From assembly GCA_040380025.1 (NCBI GenBank), contig JBEIJY010000005.1, positions 1-64,000 on the forward strand: 64,000 nt of DNA. Direction: 5' to 3'. A program made the translations under genes and the position numbers. The stretch comes from Bdellovibrionales bacterium (GTDB taxonomy: Bacteria > Bdellovibrionota > UBA1018 > CAIMNF01). Shown one piece after another: positions 38,756 to 49,278 of the stretch; position 1 is the stretch's first letter, and each line of letters begins with the position of its first letter. A model generated the notes under the pieces. It was not told where the DNA came from and made no database searches. It saw only the letters and a list, made by a program, of their open reading frames with translations.

Positions 38756-39278
38756 AGCAAAGAAACGGGCTTCCGCCCCGGCGAAGAAGCCTTCCGCCAC
38801 CCTTCCGTTCGAGTTCGATGCGCTCGGCACGCTTGCCGATTTCCTGAAAGAAAAAGGCATCGCCGAATTCGAATGGTCCAAGGGCGATCAGAAAATCGTC
38901 GTGAAGACCGCCATGGCGATGGTCCATGCGGCTCCGCAAATGGCGGCGCAAACCGTGGTGCAAATGCCGCCGGTCCAAGCCGTGGCCCAGGCCCAAGGCG
39001 CGGTTGCTCCCGCATCCGAGCCCCGCGAGTCCGCGACGCACAAAAAAGTCCTGTCTCCGTTCGTGGGGACCTTCTACCGTTCGCCTTCTCCGACCTCTCC
39101 GGCCTACGCCGAGGTCGGCAAGCGCGTTTCGCCGGGCGATACCCTTTGCATCATCGAAGCCATGAAGCTCATGAACGAAATCGAGGCTGATTTCGCCGGA
39201 AAAATCATTCAGGTTCTGGTCGAGAACGGCCAGCCGGTCGAGTTCGGCGAGCCTTTGTTCGTCATCGATACGGCGTGA
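38733..39278 (+). CDS. accB: Acetyl-CoA carboxylase biotin carboxyl carrier protein
   Basis: SPFVGTFY and EAMKLMNEI biotinylation motif. Confidence 0.95.
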   Translation: MSKKPTNKAKKRASAPAKKPSATLPFEFDALGTLADFLKEKGIAEFEWSKGDQKIVVKTAMAMVHAAPQMAAQTVVQMPPVQAVAQAQGAVAPASEPRESATHKKVLSPFVGTFYRSPSPTSPAYAEVGKRVSPGDTLCIIEAMKLMNEIEADFAGKIIQVLVENGQPVEFGEPLFVIDTA

Positions 39279-39287
39279 CGGGTGACC

Positions 39288-40652
39288 ATGAGCTCGTCAA
39301 AGCCGCCTTTTAAAAAGATTCTGATCGCAAACCGCGGAGAAATCGCCCTTCGGATCATCCGTGCCTGCCGCGAGCTCGACATCAAGACGGTCGCGGTCTA
39401 TTCGACGGCCGATGAAAGCTCGCTGCACGTCAAGCTCGCCGACGAGGCGATTTGCATCGGGCCGCCTTCGCCGAAGCTCTCGTATCTGAACATGATGAGC
39501 ATTCTCTCGGCGGCCGAGGTGACCGGTGTCGAGGCGATCCATCCGGGCTACGGATTCCTCTCCGAAAACGCGGAATTCGCCCGCCTTGTCCGCGACTGCA
39601 AGCTCACCTTCATCGGTCCGACTCCCGAGAACATCGAAGCCATGGGCGAAAAAACCCGGGCCCGGGCGAAGGCCCGCGAGGCCGGAGTTCCGATGCTTCC
39701 CGGCACCCTTTCGGCCGTGGCCGGAGTCGAGGAAGCCGTCGATGCGGCCGTGAAAATCGGTTTTCCTGTGATCCTGAAGGCCGCCGCCGGCGGAGGCGGG
39801 CGCGGGATTTTCATCATCCGGAGCGAAAAGGACCTGCAGGATTCCTTTCACCGGTGCAGTGAAGAGGCGCGGAACGCCTTTGGCGATGGTTCTCTTTATG
39901 TCGAGAAATTCTGCGAGTTCCCCCGTCACGTCGAGATCCAGGTCGCCTGCGACCGGCACGGAAACCGCGTCTATCTGGGCGAGCGGGATTGCTCGATCCA
40001 GCGGCGCCACCAGAAGCTGATCGAAGAGGCTCCGAGCCCGGTCCTGACCGCCGAAGTCCGCAAGGAGATGGGCGAGGCCGCGATCGCGCTGTGCAAGAAT
40101 GTCGCGTACGAGAGTGTCGGTACCGTCGAGTTCCTCGTCGATCAGGATCGCAAATTCTATTTCATGGAAATGAACACCCGCATCCAGGTCGAACATCCCG
40201 TGACCGAGATGATCACAGGTGTGGATCTCATCAAGGAGCAGATCCGGATTGCAGCGGGGCATCCTCTCGGATTCCGTCAGGAAGACATCGTTCTGCGGGG
40301 CCATGCCTTCGAAGTGCGGATCAATGCCGAGGATCCGGACACCTTCCGACCGTCCCCCGGAAAGATCACGGCCTTGCATGTGCCGGGCGGCTATGGCGTT
40401 CGCGTGGACTCGTTCATTTATGACGAGTACAAGGTGGTGCCGTTCTATGATTCGCTTCTTGCCAAGCTGATCGTGCACGGACGCGACCGCGACGAGGCGG
40501 TGGCGAAAATGCGCCAGGCACTCGACGAATTCGTCGTCAAAGGCGTCAAAACCACGATCCCCATCCATCGCAGGATTTTCGCGAGTCAGCAGTTTGTCGA
40601 CTCCGATTACACCACCCGGTTCATCGAAGAATTCCTCCAAAATCCGCACTGA
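39288..40652 (+). CDS. accC: Acetyl-CoA carboxylase biotin carboxylase
   Basis: ANRGEIA, HPGYGFLSEN, RDCSIQRRHQK and EMNTRIQVEHPVTE motifs. Confidence 0.97.
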   Translation: MSSSKPPFKKILIANRGEIALRIIRACRELDIKTVAVYSTADESSLHVKLADEAICIGPPSPKLSYLNMMSILSAAEVTGVEAIHPGYGFLSENAEFARLVRDCKLTFIGPTPENIEAMGEKTRARAKAREAGVPMLPGTLSAVAGVEEAVDAAVKIGFPVILKAAAGGGGRGIFIIRSEKDLQDSFHRCSEEARNAFGDGSLYVEKFCEFPRHVEIQVACDRHGNRVYLGERDCSIQRRHQKLIEEAPSPVLTAEVRKEMGEAAIALCKNVAYESVGTVEFLVDQDRKFYFMEMNTRIQVEHPVTEMITGVDLIKEQIRIAAGHPLGFRQEDIVLRGHAFEVRINAEDPDTFRPSPGKITALHVPGGYGVRVDSFIYDEYKVVPFYDSLLAKLIVHGRDRDEAVAKMRQALDEFVVKGVKTTIPIHRRIFASQQFVDSDYTTRFIEEFLQNPH

Positions 40653-40679
40653 AAGCGGTATCCTTTTTCATGGAGGATT

Positions 40680-41441
40680 GTGCGCAAAGTGACCGATAAC
40701 ACGAACGAAACGGGGTCCTCCGGTTTTTCCATCCAGCAAGAGCCGGTCTCTCCCGCCGAAGATGTGCGGAGTGCTGAAATCCTTCTGAGCGAGGGTCTTT
40801 TCGAAGAAGCCAAGCGGATCCTCCGTCGCTTGTTGATGCGGCATCCGGAATTCGCTCCCGCGTCCGAATTGCTCGGTCGGATCCAGGAACAGGAACTCCG
40901 CATGATTCTCGACCGGGATTCCCGGCGGGATCCCGAAGAACAGCCGCTTCGGAATCCGGATGAGGTGATCCGGAAGCTCCTCGAGGATCTCGGAATGGAC
41001 GCATCTTTGCCGGGCGGGATCGATCCCGCCGCCCTGAACTGGGCCCATTCCCCGCGCGCGAGCGTCGAAGAGGCGTTCGATCTCGGTGTCGCGTTTTTTG
41101 AGATGGGATGCTTCCGCGATGCGATCGTCGAACTCGAGGAGGCGCTCCGGATGATCCGGATCGGCCGGAGCGAGCTTGGTCCTGCCGGAGTCGCGGCCGC
41201 GGCACTTTGCGCCGAGGCCATGGTAAATCTGGCTGACGGGTTCGCGGCGAAGTCGTTCCTGATTCCCGTGCTGAACGAGCCCGAGTTGAAGCACGAAGAA
41301 AAAATTCCTTTGTTTTATCTGGTCGGGCGGGCCGAGGAGATTCTCGGCAACCATAACGAGGCGAAAGGTTGGTTCGGAAAAGTGATCGAAGCCGACCCGC
41401 TCTTCCGGGATGCGGAGTTCCGGGTCAGGACCGGACGATGA
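40680..41441 (+). CDS. TPR-containing protein
   Basis: FDLGVAFFEMG..DAI.ELE motif and C-terminal TPR (DPLFRDA). Confidence 0.7.
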   Translation: MRKVTDNTNETGSSGFSIQQEPVSPAEDVRSAEILLSEGLFEEAKRILRRLLMRHPEFAPASELLGRIQEQELRMILDRDSRRDPEEQPLRNPDEVIRKLLEDLGMDASLPGGIDPAALNWAHSPRASVEEAFDLGVAFFEMGCFRDAIVELEEALRMIRIGRSELGPAGVAAAALCAEAMVNLADGFAAKSFLIPVLNEPELKHEEKIPLFYLVGRAEEILGNHNEAKGWFGKVIEADPLFRDAEFRVRTGR

Positions 41442-44400
41442 GATTCACCCGGCTCAGGATTGCGGCGTTTTCGTTTTTGCTCCTCACTGCCGCAACCCTG
41501 GGCGGAGGCCTCGCCTACCTCGAAAGCGGGGCATTCGGAAATCTGATCAAGCGGATCCTCTCGGAGCGATCCCCGAAGAAGCTCGGCATCACGGGCGAGT
41601 TCTCGCATCTGAAGATTTATTTTTTCCCCCCGGGGGTCGGCATCGCCGATCCGAAAATCCGGGTCGCGCGCGAGAATCTCGCGAACATCCCCGTCGATGC
41701 CGAGATCGAGGCCAAGGAGCTTCGTGCGAGCTTCGCTCCGTTCCAGATGTTCACCGGAACGCTCAGGGTCGACGAGGTCGTGGTCACCGGAGGATCGGTC
41801 CGGGGTACCGTTTCCTCGGCGGTTTTCACCGAGAAACCCAAAAAGAAAAGGGTGGAGCGCTTCGGTTGGGACGATCTCTTCCGTCTGCAGATCAACGGTG
41901 TCCGGTTGCGGGATACGTTTCTCGATGCGACCTTCGAGCTTCCGGGTGCGAAAAAAGAGATTGTGCGATCCGAGCTGATCGTGAAGGAGCTCGATCTTCG
42001 CAAGGACTCGATCGAGGACCGTGAGGGACTCGTGTCGAGTGCCGTGGTCCGTGCGGTGCGCTTGGAGCCTCCGGCCTCGTGGGGCCCGGTTCCGGTTCGC
42101 GAGGCGAGCGAGCTCCGGTGGGATCTGCAATTCACCGATCAGGGGCTTCGAATCGAGCCGCTCGCAGTCGAACTGCCCGGGCTCCGCCTCACCGCCCGGG
42201 GAAGGATCGACGGAAATCTTCTGGACGAGAAGGAAGACCCGAAGGCCGAGGCCTCGCTCGAGATCGCATCCGATCTGGGCATCCTGCTCAACCGGGGACC
42301 GGTCGCGCAAAAATGGGGGGGCGAGGTCGCGCTGAAGGCAACGGCGGGCGCACGGGTCAGGGACATCGGGAATTCCCTGAAAGCGCGCTATGATGTCGAT
42401 GCGAGGAATTTCTTTTATGGCGAAGCGAAGGCGGCGATCGCCCGTTCCGAAGGTGAACTGGATCTCGCCGAAAAAACGATCAAACTGAAATCGCTCGAAA
42501 TGCGGGAGTCCTCCGGGGCCGAGGGCGCAGGACGGGTCCGGGTTCTTCCGACGGTGCTTCCGCTCGATCTTGACCGGGCCTTCACTGCCACCCTCGAACT
42601 CGAAAAAGCCGATCTCCACTGGCTGGGCGGGGTGGTCGCGCCCTCTCTCACTCCTCTCGAGGCGAAGATTTCCGGAAAAGTCGGCCTCCGGTTCGCGCCC
42701 GGAGAAAAGAACTGGAAGCTTCAGGCCGAGCCCGATCTGGAGGTTTCGAAGTTCGCCCTGACCAATCAAAAGTGGGGCGTGAAGCGTCCGATGAAGTTCA
42801 TCCTGAGGCCGGATCTTCCCATCCGGATCCGGGGAGGCGTCGACGCGGGCCCCGCAGGGTTGGAGTTCCGGAATCTTGGACTCGGAATCCGGAAGACGCA
42901 GTTTCTGGTGGCCGGAGGCATCCGCAAAGGAAAAGGCTTTGATTTCACCGCGAAGGGCCCCGCCGATCTGAGTGAAATCCGGGAGATTGCAGAGATTCCG
43001 ATCCGGGGCGAAGGCACGATCGAGGCGAGGATCCACGGACCCGCCGATGCGCTTCTTCTGGATTTCGATGCCCGGCTCTCCGGAGCGGAATACATTGATC
43101 TTCATCTCGGAAATCTCGAAGGCCGCGTGACCTACGATGATGGCCAGTCCCGACTTCGACTGACCGACATGACGGGGCGACACGGGGGAACGTTTTATTT
43201 TCTGAAGGACGGGTTCATCGATCTCGCCGGGAGTGATGACATCCGGCTCCCGATCGAGGTCCGATCCGGAAAAATCGAGGAGCTCTCCGAGGTGCTCCAG
43301 TCGCTCGTCGCAAAGATCAGCTGGTATCCGCGGTCCCTGAAGGGCGAAGTGCACGGATCGGTTCTGGTCGCCGGAAAAATCGACATGCCCCGGCTGGTCA
43401 TCGAATCAAGGCTCGAGGGCACCGATTGGTCCTGGGCCGGAGAGCGGGCGCGCAAGGTCAGGATGGCGGTCGGTTACGATCGGGGGCTTTATTACGCCCG
43501 CGAGGTGTCGGTCGTGAAGTCCGTCGGGGAGTTCCGCGGGCAGGTCGAGTTCGACGCCGGCACCGATGCCCTCTCGTGGAATCTTTCGACCTCCTCGCTC
43601 AGTCTGAATGACTTTGATTTTTTCAGCCGTCTTGAGATTCCCGCCCGCTCGAAAATCGAGATCCGGAGCACCGGTTCCGGAACGATGGAGCGTCTCGAAT
43701 CCTCCACGCGGATCCGCGGCTACGGGACCGAGGTGAAGGGCGAACAATATCAGGATTCCGAGCTCACGCTGGTTTCGGGCGGGAATCGCGTCGAGGCGGA
43801 TGCGAATCTGTTCGGTCGCGAGCTCACCGCCCAGCTCCGCTATTCGCTGATCCCGAAACAACCGTCTTCGTTCCGGATGGACCTCCGGCAATTCGATTTT
43901 TCTCCCGCGATTCTGATTCTCAATCCGAAACTCGTCGATGATCCGGCTCTTGCGGCGAGGGCATCGGGGCACATCAAGCTCGATTTCCTGAGCACCCAGT
44001 TCGAGCTTGCGAGAGGGGAATTCGAGATCGGGGAGTATCTGGTTTCGAAAACCGGATTCGAGGCCCGTCTGGAAGATCCGATTTCGGTGCCGATCCAGCT
44101 CGGGTTTTTCCGGCTTGAGCCGGTCCGGTTCCGCTTGAACGACTCCGCGCTGATCCTGACCGGAGAAGGGCGCAAGGGGGATGTCGATCTCACGCTCCAG
44201 GGAACGATCGATCTTGCGATGGCCGAGCTTCTGACCTCCTCGATCCGCAAGGCGCAAGGAAAGGCCGCGACGCGGATCACGCTGAAGGGCCCGATGAAGG
44301 ATCTGAGCTTGGACGGACAGCTGGAATTCGCAGGAGCGATGGTCCAGCCCGGCTGGCTTCAAACCCCATTCGAGGATGTCGACGGAAAAATCGTGATCAA

Positions 44401-45550
44401 CCGTGGCCGCTTCCTGGTCCAGTCTCTCGATGCGTTCGCCGGCGGGGAGTCGTTCAATCTCAGCGGAAAAATCGACACTTTCGCCCGAAAATTCCCTGAA
44501 ATCGATCTTCGCGCGGTTTTCCAGAACAACAGCATGAAGATGGAGCCGTTCGATCTGGTCCAAGTACGCGGAACGGTTTCGATCAAGGGGAACGAGCCGC
44601 CCTACCGGATCGGGGGCAATCTCGATCTGGTCCAGGCCTTGTACGCCAAGAGTTTCGGAAAGTCCGGTGGAGCGCCGGCGATGCGCGGGGAGCGATTCCT
44701 GCCGAAAGATCAGGACACTCAGCTCGGTTCGGGAATCTTCGAATTCGATCTCGGGATCAACTCGAATCAGGGGTTTTTCGTCCGGAACGAGGTGCTCGAT
44801 GCCGAATTCAAGGGCAAGGCGAGGCTGGTCGGAACCCCCTCGGCGCCGGGAATTCTCGGAGAAGGACGCCTGATCCAAGGAAAGGTTCTCTTCAAGGATC
44901 GTCCGTTCGTGTTCGACAACGTCAAAATCGATTTCGATGACCCGCACCGTCTCGATCCGAAATTCAGCGCCGGCGCGATTTGCGATGTGAACCAGTACAA
45001 AATCCGGGTGCTGGCCTACGGCCGCGCGAGCAAATGGAAGGCCGAGTTCAGCAGTACTCCGTACCTGAAGGAAAACGACATTTTTGCGGTCCTCTCGTCG
45101 GGCGGTGTCGGCACCGGAACGGGAAGCTCAGAGGGAAGCCGCTTTGCAGTCCGCGACCGCTCTTATGTGAGCCAGGGGGAGGCCGCATCCCTGATCCTGC
45201 ATTCGATGGACTTCGGGAAGGACGTGCAGAGCAAGACCGGATTCCGGTTCGATGTCGAGGAGGCGATCGACACCCAGACCGCGGCGAGCGTGTTCCGTCC
45301 GCAGAATCTTTCAGAAAACGTCGCGTCCCCGAAGGTCGTGATCAAGCGGAGCGTGGGCAAGAACATCTCGCTTTCTTTCGGAAGCACGGTGGGGGTCGGA
45401 TCCCGGAACTTGCGCGAGATGAACGCCGAATACAAATTGGTTCCGGGGATGTCGATGCTCGGAGTCTGGAACACCATCGAGGCGGTGAACACCAGGGAAT
45501 CGCGGACCTCCTTCGGTCTTGACCTGAAGTTCAACCGAAGGTTCAAATGA
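41438..45550 (+). CDS. tamB: Translocation and assembly module TamB / AsmA-like protein
   Basis: About 1370 aa, N-terminal TM, beta-rich repeats, DUF490-like C-terminus, coupled to an Omp85 gene. Confidence 0.82.
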   Translation: MRFTRLRIAAFSFLLLTAATLGGGLAYLESGAFGNLIKRILSERSPKKLGITGEFSHLKIYFFPPGVGIADPKIRVARENLANIPVDAEIEAKELRASFAPFQMFTGTLRVDEVVVTGGSVRGTVSSAVFTEKPKKKRVERFGWDDLFRLQINGVRLRDTFLDATFELPGAKKEIVRSELIVKELDLRKDSIEDREGLVSSAVVRAVRLEPPASWGPVPVREASELRWDLQFTDQGLRIEPLAVELPGLRLTARGRIDGNLLDEKEDPKAEASLEIASDLGILLNRGPVAQKWGGEVALKATAGARVRDIGNSLKARYDVDARNFFYGEAKAAIARSEGELDLAEKTIKLKSLEMRESSGAEGAGRVRVLPTVLPLDLDRAFTATLELEKADLHWLGGVVAPSLTPLEAKISGKVGLRFAPGEKNWKLQAEPDLEVSKFALTNQKWGVKRPMKFILRPDLPIRIRGGVDAGPAGLEFRNLGLGIRKTQFLVAGGIRKGKGFDFTAKGPADLSEIREIAEIPIRGEGTIEARIHGPADALLLDFDARLSGAEYIDLHLGNLEGRVTYDDGQSRLRLTDMTGRHGGTFYFLKDGFIDLAGSDDIRLPIEVRSGKIEELSEVLQSLVAKISWYPRSLKGEVHGSVLVAGKIDMPRLVIESRLEGTDWSWAGERARKVRMAVGYDRGLYYAREVSVVKSVGEFRGQVEFDAGTDALSWNLSTSSLSLNDFDFFSRLEIPARSKIEIRSTGSGTMERLESSTRIRGYGTEVKGEQYQDSELTLVSGGNRVEADANLFGRELTAQLRYSLIPKQPSSFRMDLRQFDFSPAILILNPKLVDDPALAARASGHIKLDFLSTQFELARGEFEIGEYLVSKTGFEARLEDPISVPIQLGFFRLEPVRFRLNDSALILTGEGRKGDVDLTLQGTIDLAMAELLTSSIRKAQGKAATRITLKGPMKDLSLDGQLEFAGAMVQPGWLQTPFEDVDGKIVINRGRFLVQSLDAFAGGESFNLSGKIDTFARKFPEIDLRAVFQNNSMKMEPFDLVQVRGTVSIKGNEPPYRIGGNLDLVQALYAKSFGKSGGAPAMRGERFLPKDQDTQLGSGIFEFDLGINSNQGFFVRNEVLDAEFKGKARLVGTPSAPGILGEGRLIQGKVLFKDRPFVFDNVKIDFDDPHRLDPKFSAGAICDVNQYKIRVLAYGRASKWKAEFSSTPYLKENDIFAVLSSGGVGTGTGSSEGSRFAVRDRSYVSQGEAASLILHSMDFGKDVQSKTGFRFDVEEAIDTQTAASVFRPQNLSENVASPKVVIKRSVGKNISLSFGSTVGVGSRNLREMNAEYKLVPGMSMLGVWNTIEAVNTRESRTSFGLDLKFNRRFK

Positions 45551-45574
45551 AGGTTCAAATGAAGATTCGAATGA
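45537..45574 (+). repeat. Three 12-bp tandem units at the tamB/Omp85 junction
   Basis: GAAGGTTCAAAT twice, then GAAGATTCGAAT. Confidence 0.85.
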
Positions 45575-48162
45575 ATCTCCTGCGGACGTTCCTCTTCGCG
45601 GTTTCGCTTGCTTTCCTCGGAGCCGGTACCGCCCGCGCGTTTCCCGTCGACGAGATCCGTTCGGAGGGAGTCACCGCGGAACAGTGGGAACAGGCCAAAG
45701 GGGTGACGGGGCTTCTTCCCGGCGACGAGTACAGTCGCGAGCGCGCCATGCGGGCGGAGGGTCGGCTCCAGGATTTCTTTGAATCGAAAGGATTCCCCCA
45801 GAACGAGGTCTCCCACGAAGTGCTCACGCGCGGTGAGGTCCGGACCCTCCGGTTCTTGATCCGTCTCGGACCGGCGCTCAAGCTCGAATCGCTCGTGCTC
45901 GAATCCCGGGATCCGGGATTCACGCCGGAGCTCCAGCAAAAGCTCATGAAAACCCTCGATATCCGGCCCGGCGAGCCCTTCGATCGCGACCGGATCAAGG
46001 ATCTTCGCCACTCGGTCGAGAGCTTTCTTTCGGCCCGGAATTTCATCGATTCCCGCGTTGCGCGGGCCTCGAGCGAGGTGATGACCGGGGGGATCCGCCT
46101 TCGCTTCGAGCTCGAGCTCGGAGAGCAGGTGGTGTTCTCGGTGCAGGGGAACCGGTTCTTTTCGAGGCCCGAGCTGATGGAGGTCATCAACAAGCAGAGA
46201 GCGATCGGACTCGGGAGGGATTACGTCACGGTTCTCATGGACCGGCTCGTCGAGCATCATGTGGCATTCGGATTCAGGAAGGTTTCGATCACTCCCTATT
46301 TTTTCGAGGCGCACGGAAACGAGCAAAAAAAGGTTTTGTTCAAGATCGACGAGGGGCCCAGGATCCGGATCGAATCGGTGGTCTTCGACGGGAACGAGGT
46401 CTTCAGCGACGAGGAGCTCGAAGGGTTGTTCTTCGACAGCGCGGAGGACCGGATCCGCGCGCGGATTTACAACGGGGCCATGGTCGATTCGGCCGCGGCC
46501 GGTCTGATCGAGCAGATCAAGCGACGCGGGTATCTTTCGGCGCGGCTCATCGGAATCAAAACCGAGGAACGTTCGCAGGGGGCGGGAGTGTCGATCCGGA
46601 TCTTCCTGAATGAGGGCCTGCAAACAAGGGTCCGTTCGATCGAGTTCCGGGGAAACCGCGCTCTCTCGAACGGAAAACTCGTCGAAGAGCTCGGCATCCG
46701 CGAGGGCGACCCGCTCGATCCGACGGGTCTCGAGGACGGAATCGATCGGATTCGCCGAAGCTATCGGTCTTTGGGGCATTTGGAGTTCCGGTTTGTCAAC
46801 GAGACTGGTGAGCAACAGCCCCTGGTGGTCTATGCCGAGAAGAACCAGCTTGCGGACCTGGTGTTCGAGATCGAAGAGGGGCCGGTGTTTCATCTGGCCG
46901 GAGTCGAGATTCTCGGGAACGAGATCACCCGCCGAAGAGTGATCGAGCGCGAGATCACGATTGGCGAAGGGGAGGTGCTTTCGGAGGACCGGATCATCGA
47001 GACCGAGGACCGCATCCGCCGGCTCGGGATTTTCGCGCAGGTGACCCTCGAGGTCCGCGAGGTTCCGGGCAGACGGGAGTTCAAGATCCTCCGGATCACC
47101 GTGCAAGAGACAGCGCGCGGGAACACCACCGCCGGGCTCGGCTACCGGAACGACCTCGGCATCCGGACCTTCGGTGGGCTCTCGTATTCGAACCTGTGGG
47201 GCTTGAATCACACCTGGTCCTTCGATGCCACCATCAACCGCCGGATCCAGACCTACCAGAATCAGAACTACCGGTTCGTCGAGTACACCGCCCAGGTCGG
47301 CTATACGATTCCGTGGGCCTTTCTCGGGCCGACCACGCTCCGGCCCGGGATTTCGGCCGAGAAACGGCAGTACATCGAGTTTGATGCCGAGACCTTCGCG
47401 TTCAACACGAATCTCGAACGGATGCTGTACCGGCCGCTCCGGATCTCGGGAATCGTGAGCTACACCCTCGAGACCATCCGGCAGTTCAATGCGGTCGACG
47501 CCACCCAGAACCAGAAGATCACCATCGGATCGATCACCCCCACTCTGCGGATCGACCTTCGGGACAATCCGCTCTCGCCCCGGCAGGGAATGTTCTCGAG
47601 CGCTTCTTTCGAGTATGCGAATCAGTTTTTCGGGAGTCAGATGGAACCCTTGCCGATCCGGTACGGTCGCTTCCAGACGAGAACCGACTTCCATTGGAAC
47701 TTCGTGCCCTCGGTGGTGTGGTTCGGGAGCGTGCGGGGCGGATGGCTCCGGAATTTCGTCGATCCCCGGAGTTCCGACGGAAGCCTCGACCCCCGGATCA
47801 GCGTCCCGCTCATCAAGCAGTTCGCTCTCGGCGGGATCAACTCGATTCGTGGATTCAACGAGCAAGAAATCAATGTGCAGGCCGGAGACTCCAGTCGTCG
47901 CGTGCAGGGCTACCTTACTTATGTGAACTACCGCACCCAGCTCGATTTTTATCCCGGAACCTCGTTCTCGATCGGCCCCTTTTTGGACGCCGGAAACCTG
48001 AAAGTCGATGATTTCAACCTCGGAGACCTGCGATTCGGGAGTGGGGTGGGCTTCCGGTACGTCACCCCCGCGGGGCCGGTCAACTTCGATTGGGGCTTCA
48101 AGCTGTTCCCCAGGCCGGGCGAAGACCGGAACGTTTTCTACTTTTCCCTCGGGATCATCTAA
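45547..48162 (+). CDS. Omp85 family outer membrane protein (BamA/TamA type) with multiple POTRA domains
   Basis: Repeated POTRA motifs (..GN..FS..EL), GGINSIRGF, GVGFRYVTPAGPVNFDWG. Start may be 45547, 45559 or 45571. Confidence 0.9.
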   Translation: MKVQMKIRMNLLRTFLFAVSLAFLGAGTARAFPVDEIRSEGVTAEQWEQAKGVTGLLPGDEYSRERAMRAEGRLQDFFESKGFPQNEVSHEVLTRGEVRTLRFLIRLGPALKLESLVLESRDPGFTPELQQKLMKTLDIRPGEPFDRDRIKDLRHSVESFLSARNFIDSRVARASSEVMTGGIRLRFELELGEQVVFSVQGNRFFSRPELMEVINKQRAIGLGRDYVTVLMDRLVEHHVAFGFRKVSITPYFFEAHGNEQKKVLFKIDEGPRIRIESVVFDGNEVFSDEELEGLFFDSAEDRIRARIYNGAMVDSAAAGLIEQIKRRGYLSARLIGIKTEERSQGAGVSIRIFLNEGLQTRVRSIEFRGNRALSNGKLVEELGIREGDPLDPTGLEDGIDRIRRSYRSLGHLEFRFVNETGEQQPLVVYAEKNQLADLVFEIEEGPVFHLAGVEILGNEITRRRVIEREITIGEGEVLSEDRIIETEDRIRRLGIFAQVTLEVREVPGRREFKILRITVQETARGNTTAGLGYRNDLGIRTFGGLSYSNLWGLNHTWSFDATINRRIQTYQNQNYRFVEYTAQVGYTIPWAFLGPTTLRPGISAEKRQYIEFDAETFAFNTNLERMLYRPLRISGIVSYTLETIRQFNAVDATQNQKITIGSITPTLRIDLRDNPLSPRQGMFSSASFEYANQFFGSQMEPLPIRYGRFQTRTDFHWNFVPSVVWFGSVRGGWLRNFVDPRSSDGSLDPRISVPLIKQFALGGINSIRGFNEQEINVQAGDSSRRVQGYLTYVNYRTQLDFYPGTSFSIGPFLDAGNLKVDDFNLGDLRFGSGVGFRYVTPAGPVNFDWGFKLFPRPGEDRNVFYFSLGII

Positions 48163-48207
48163 ATTCAAATTGACGGCGGGGATCGTGTGGGGTAATCCTT
48201 TCAGGCT

Positions 48208-48720
48208 ATGTTTCAACAAAAGTCTTATCTTGCTAAAAAAACGGGCCCCCATTTTTTTGAAATCAAAGGTCCGAATGCGCCGAAATGGTATGTGGTCGAC
48301 GTGAAAGACCAGGTGGTGGGTCGGATTGCTTCGATGATCGCAAAGGTCATCATCGGGAAGCACAAAGCGGGCTACACCCCGAACGTGGACACCGGCGATT
48401 TCGTCGTGGTTCTGAATGCCGACAAAGTGGTGTTCACCCGCAACAAGCTCGACACCAAGATTTATCGTGATTACTCGGGATACATCAGCGGACTGAAAGA
48501 GCGCACTGCCCGTCAGATGCTCGAAACCAGCCCCGAAGAGATCATCCGTCGCGCGGTTTGGGGAATGACCAACAAGTCGTCACTCGCCCGTCATCAAATG
48601 AAGAAGCTCAAGGTGTACGCGGGATCCGAGCATCCCCACGAAGCGCAACAGCTCCAGGAGCTTCCCGCTTCGGCCACCCGTCGTTCTGTTTTGACCAAAA
48701 AGCCGGCAAAAAAGGCCTAA
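48208..48720 (+). CDS. rplM: 50S ribosomal protein L13
   Basis: WYVVD, GKHK..YTPNVDTGDFVVV.NA and LKVYAGSEHPHEAQ motifs. Confidence 0.97.
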   Translation: MFQQKSYLAKKTGPHFFEIKGPNAPKWYVVDVKDQVVGRIASMIAKVIIGKHKAGYTPNVDTGDFVVVLNADKVVFTRNKLDTKIYRDYSGYISGLKERTARQMLETSPEEIIRRAVWGMTNKSSLARHQMKKLKVYAGSEHPHEAQQLQELPASATRRSVLTKKPAKKA

Positions 48721-48740
48721 GGGAAGTTTAAGGAAGAGTT

Positions 48741-49142
48741 ATGGTAGAAAAAGAAATTCATCACATCGGCAAGCGTAAGACAGCAGTGGCTCGGGTTTAC
48801 CTCCGCCCCCGCAAGGGCGAGATCGGAACCCTCAGCGTGAACGGGCGCTCCCTCCAGGAGTACTTCCCCCGTCCCGCGCTCCAAAAGATCGCCATGCAGT
48901 CTCTCGATCTGACGAGCAATAACGGACAATTCGACATTTATGTGAACGTGGCCGGCGGAGGGATCTCCGCTCAAGCGACCGCGATCCGTCACGGCATCGC
49001 CCGCGTTCTGAACGAAATGGACGTTGCTCTCCGTGCGACTCTGAAAAAAGCAGGCTTCCTGACTCGCGATGCCCGCGAAGTCGAGCGGAAGAAGTACGGC
49101 CTCGCCGGTGCGCGTCGTCGTTACCAGTTCTCGAAACGGTAA
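48741..49142 (+). CDS. rpsI: 30S ribosomal protein S9
   Basis: GKRKTAVARV and LTRDAREVERKKYGL..ARRRYQFSKR motifs. Confidence 0.98.
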   Translation: MVEKEIHHIGKRKTAVARVYLRPRKGEIGTLSVNGRSLQEYFPRPALQKIAMQSLDLTSNNGQFDIYVNVAGGGISAQATAIRHGIARVLNEMDVALRATLKKAGFLTRDAREVERKKYGLAGARRRYQFSKR

Positions 49143-49165
49143 TTCGTTCGATCTGTCATCTTTCT

Positions 49166-49201
49166 GGCGGCTCGGATCCCGATGGGGTCCGAGCCGTTTT
49201 T
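49166..49201 (+). terminator. Rho-independent terminator after rpsI
   Basis: CGGCTCGGATCCC-GAT-GGGGTCCGAGCCG stem followed by a T tract. Confidence 0.85.
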
Positions 49202-49278
49202 ATTTGTCAAATTTGAGTTTCCTTGACCGATTTTCGTGCCATACTTTTTTTAAGGTTTAGATCAGACAAGGAAAAAGC

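Noticed and set aside
45163..48363. 1066-aa minus-strand ORF and similar long antisense ORFs (26..1291, 3154..4734, 41315..43354, 56656..58587)
   Set aside because: These are shadow frames opposite well-supported genes, expected from GC-rich codon bias, and show no recognisable motifs.
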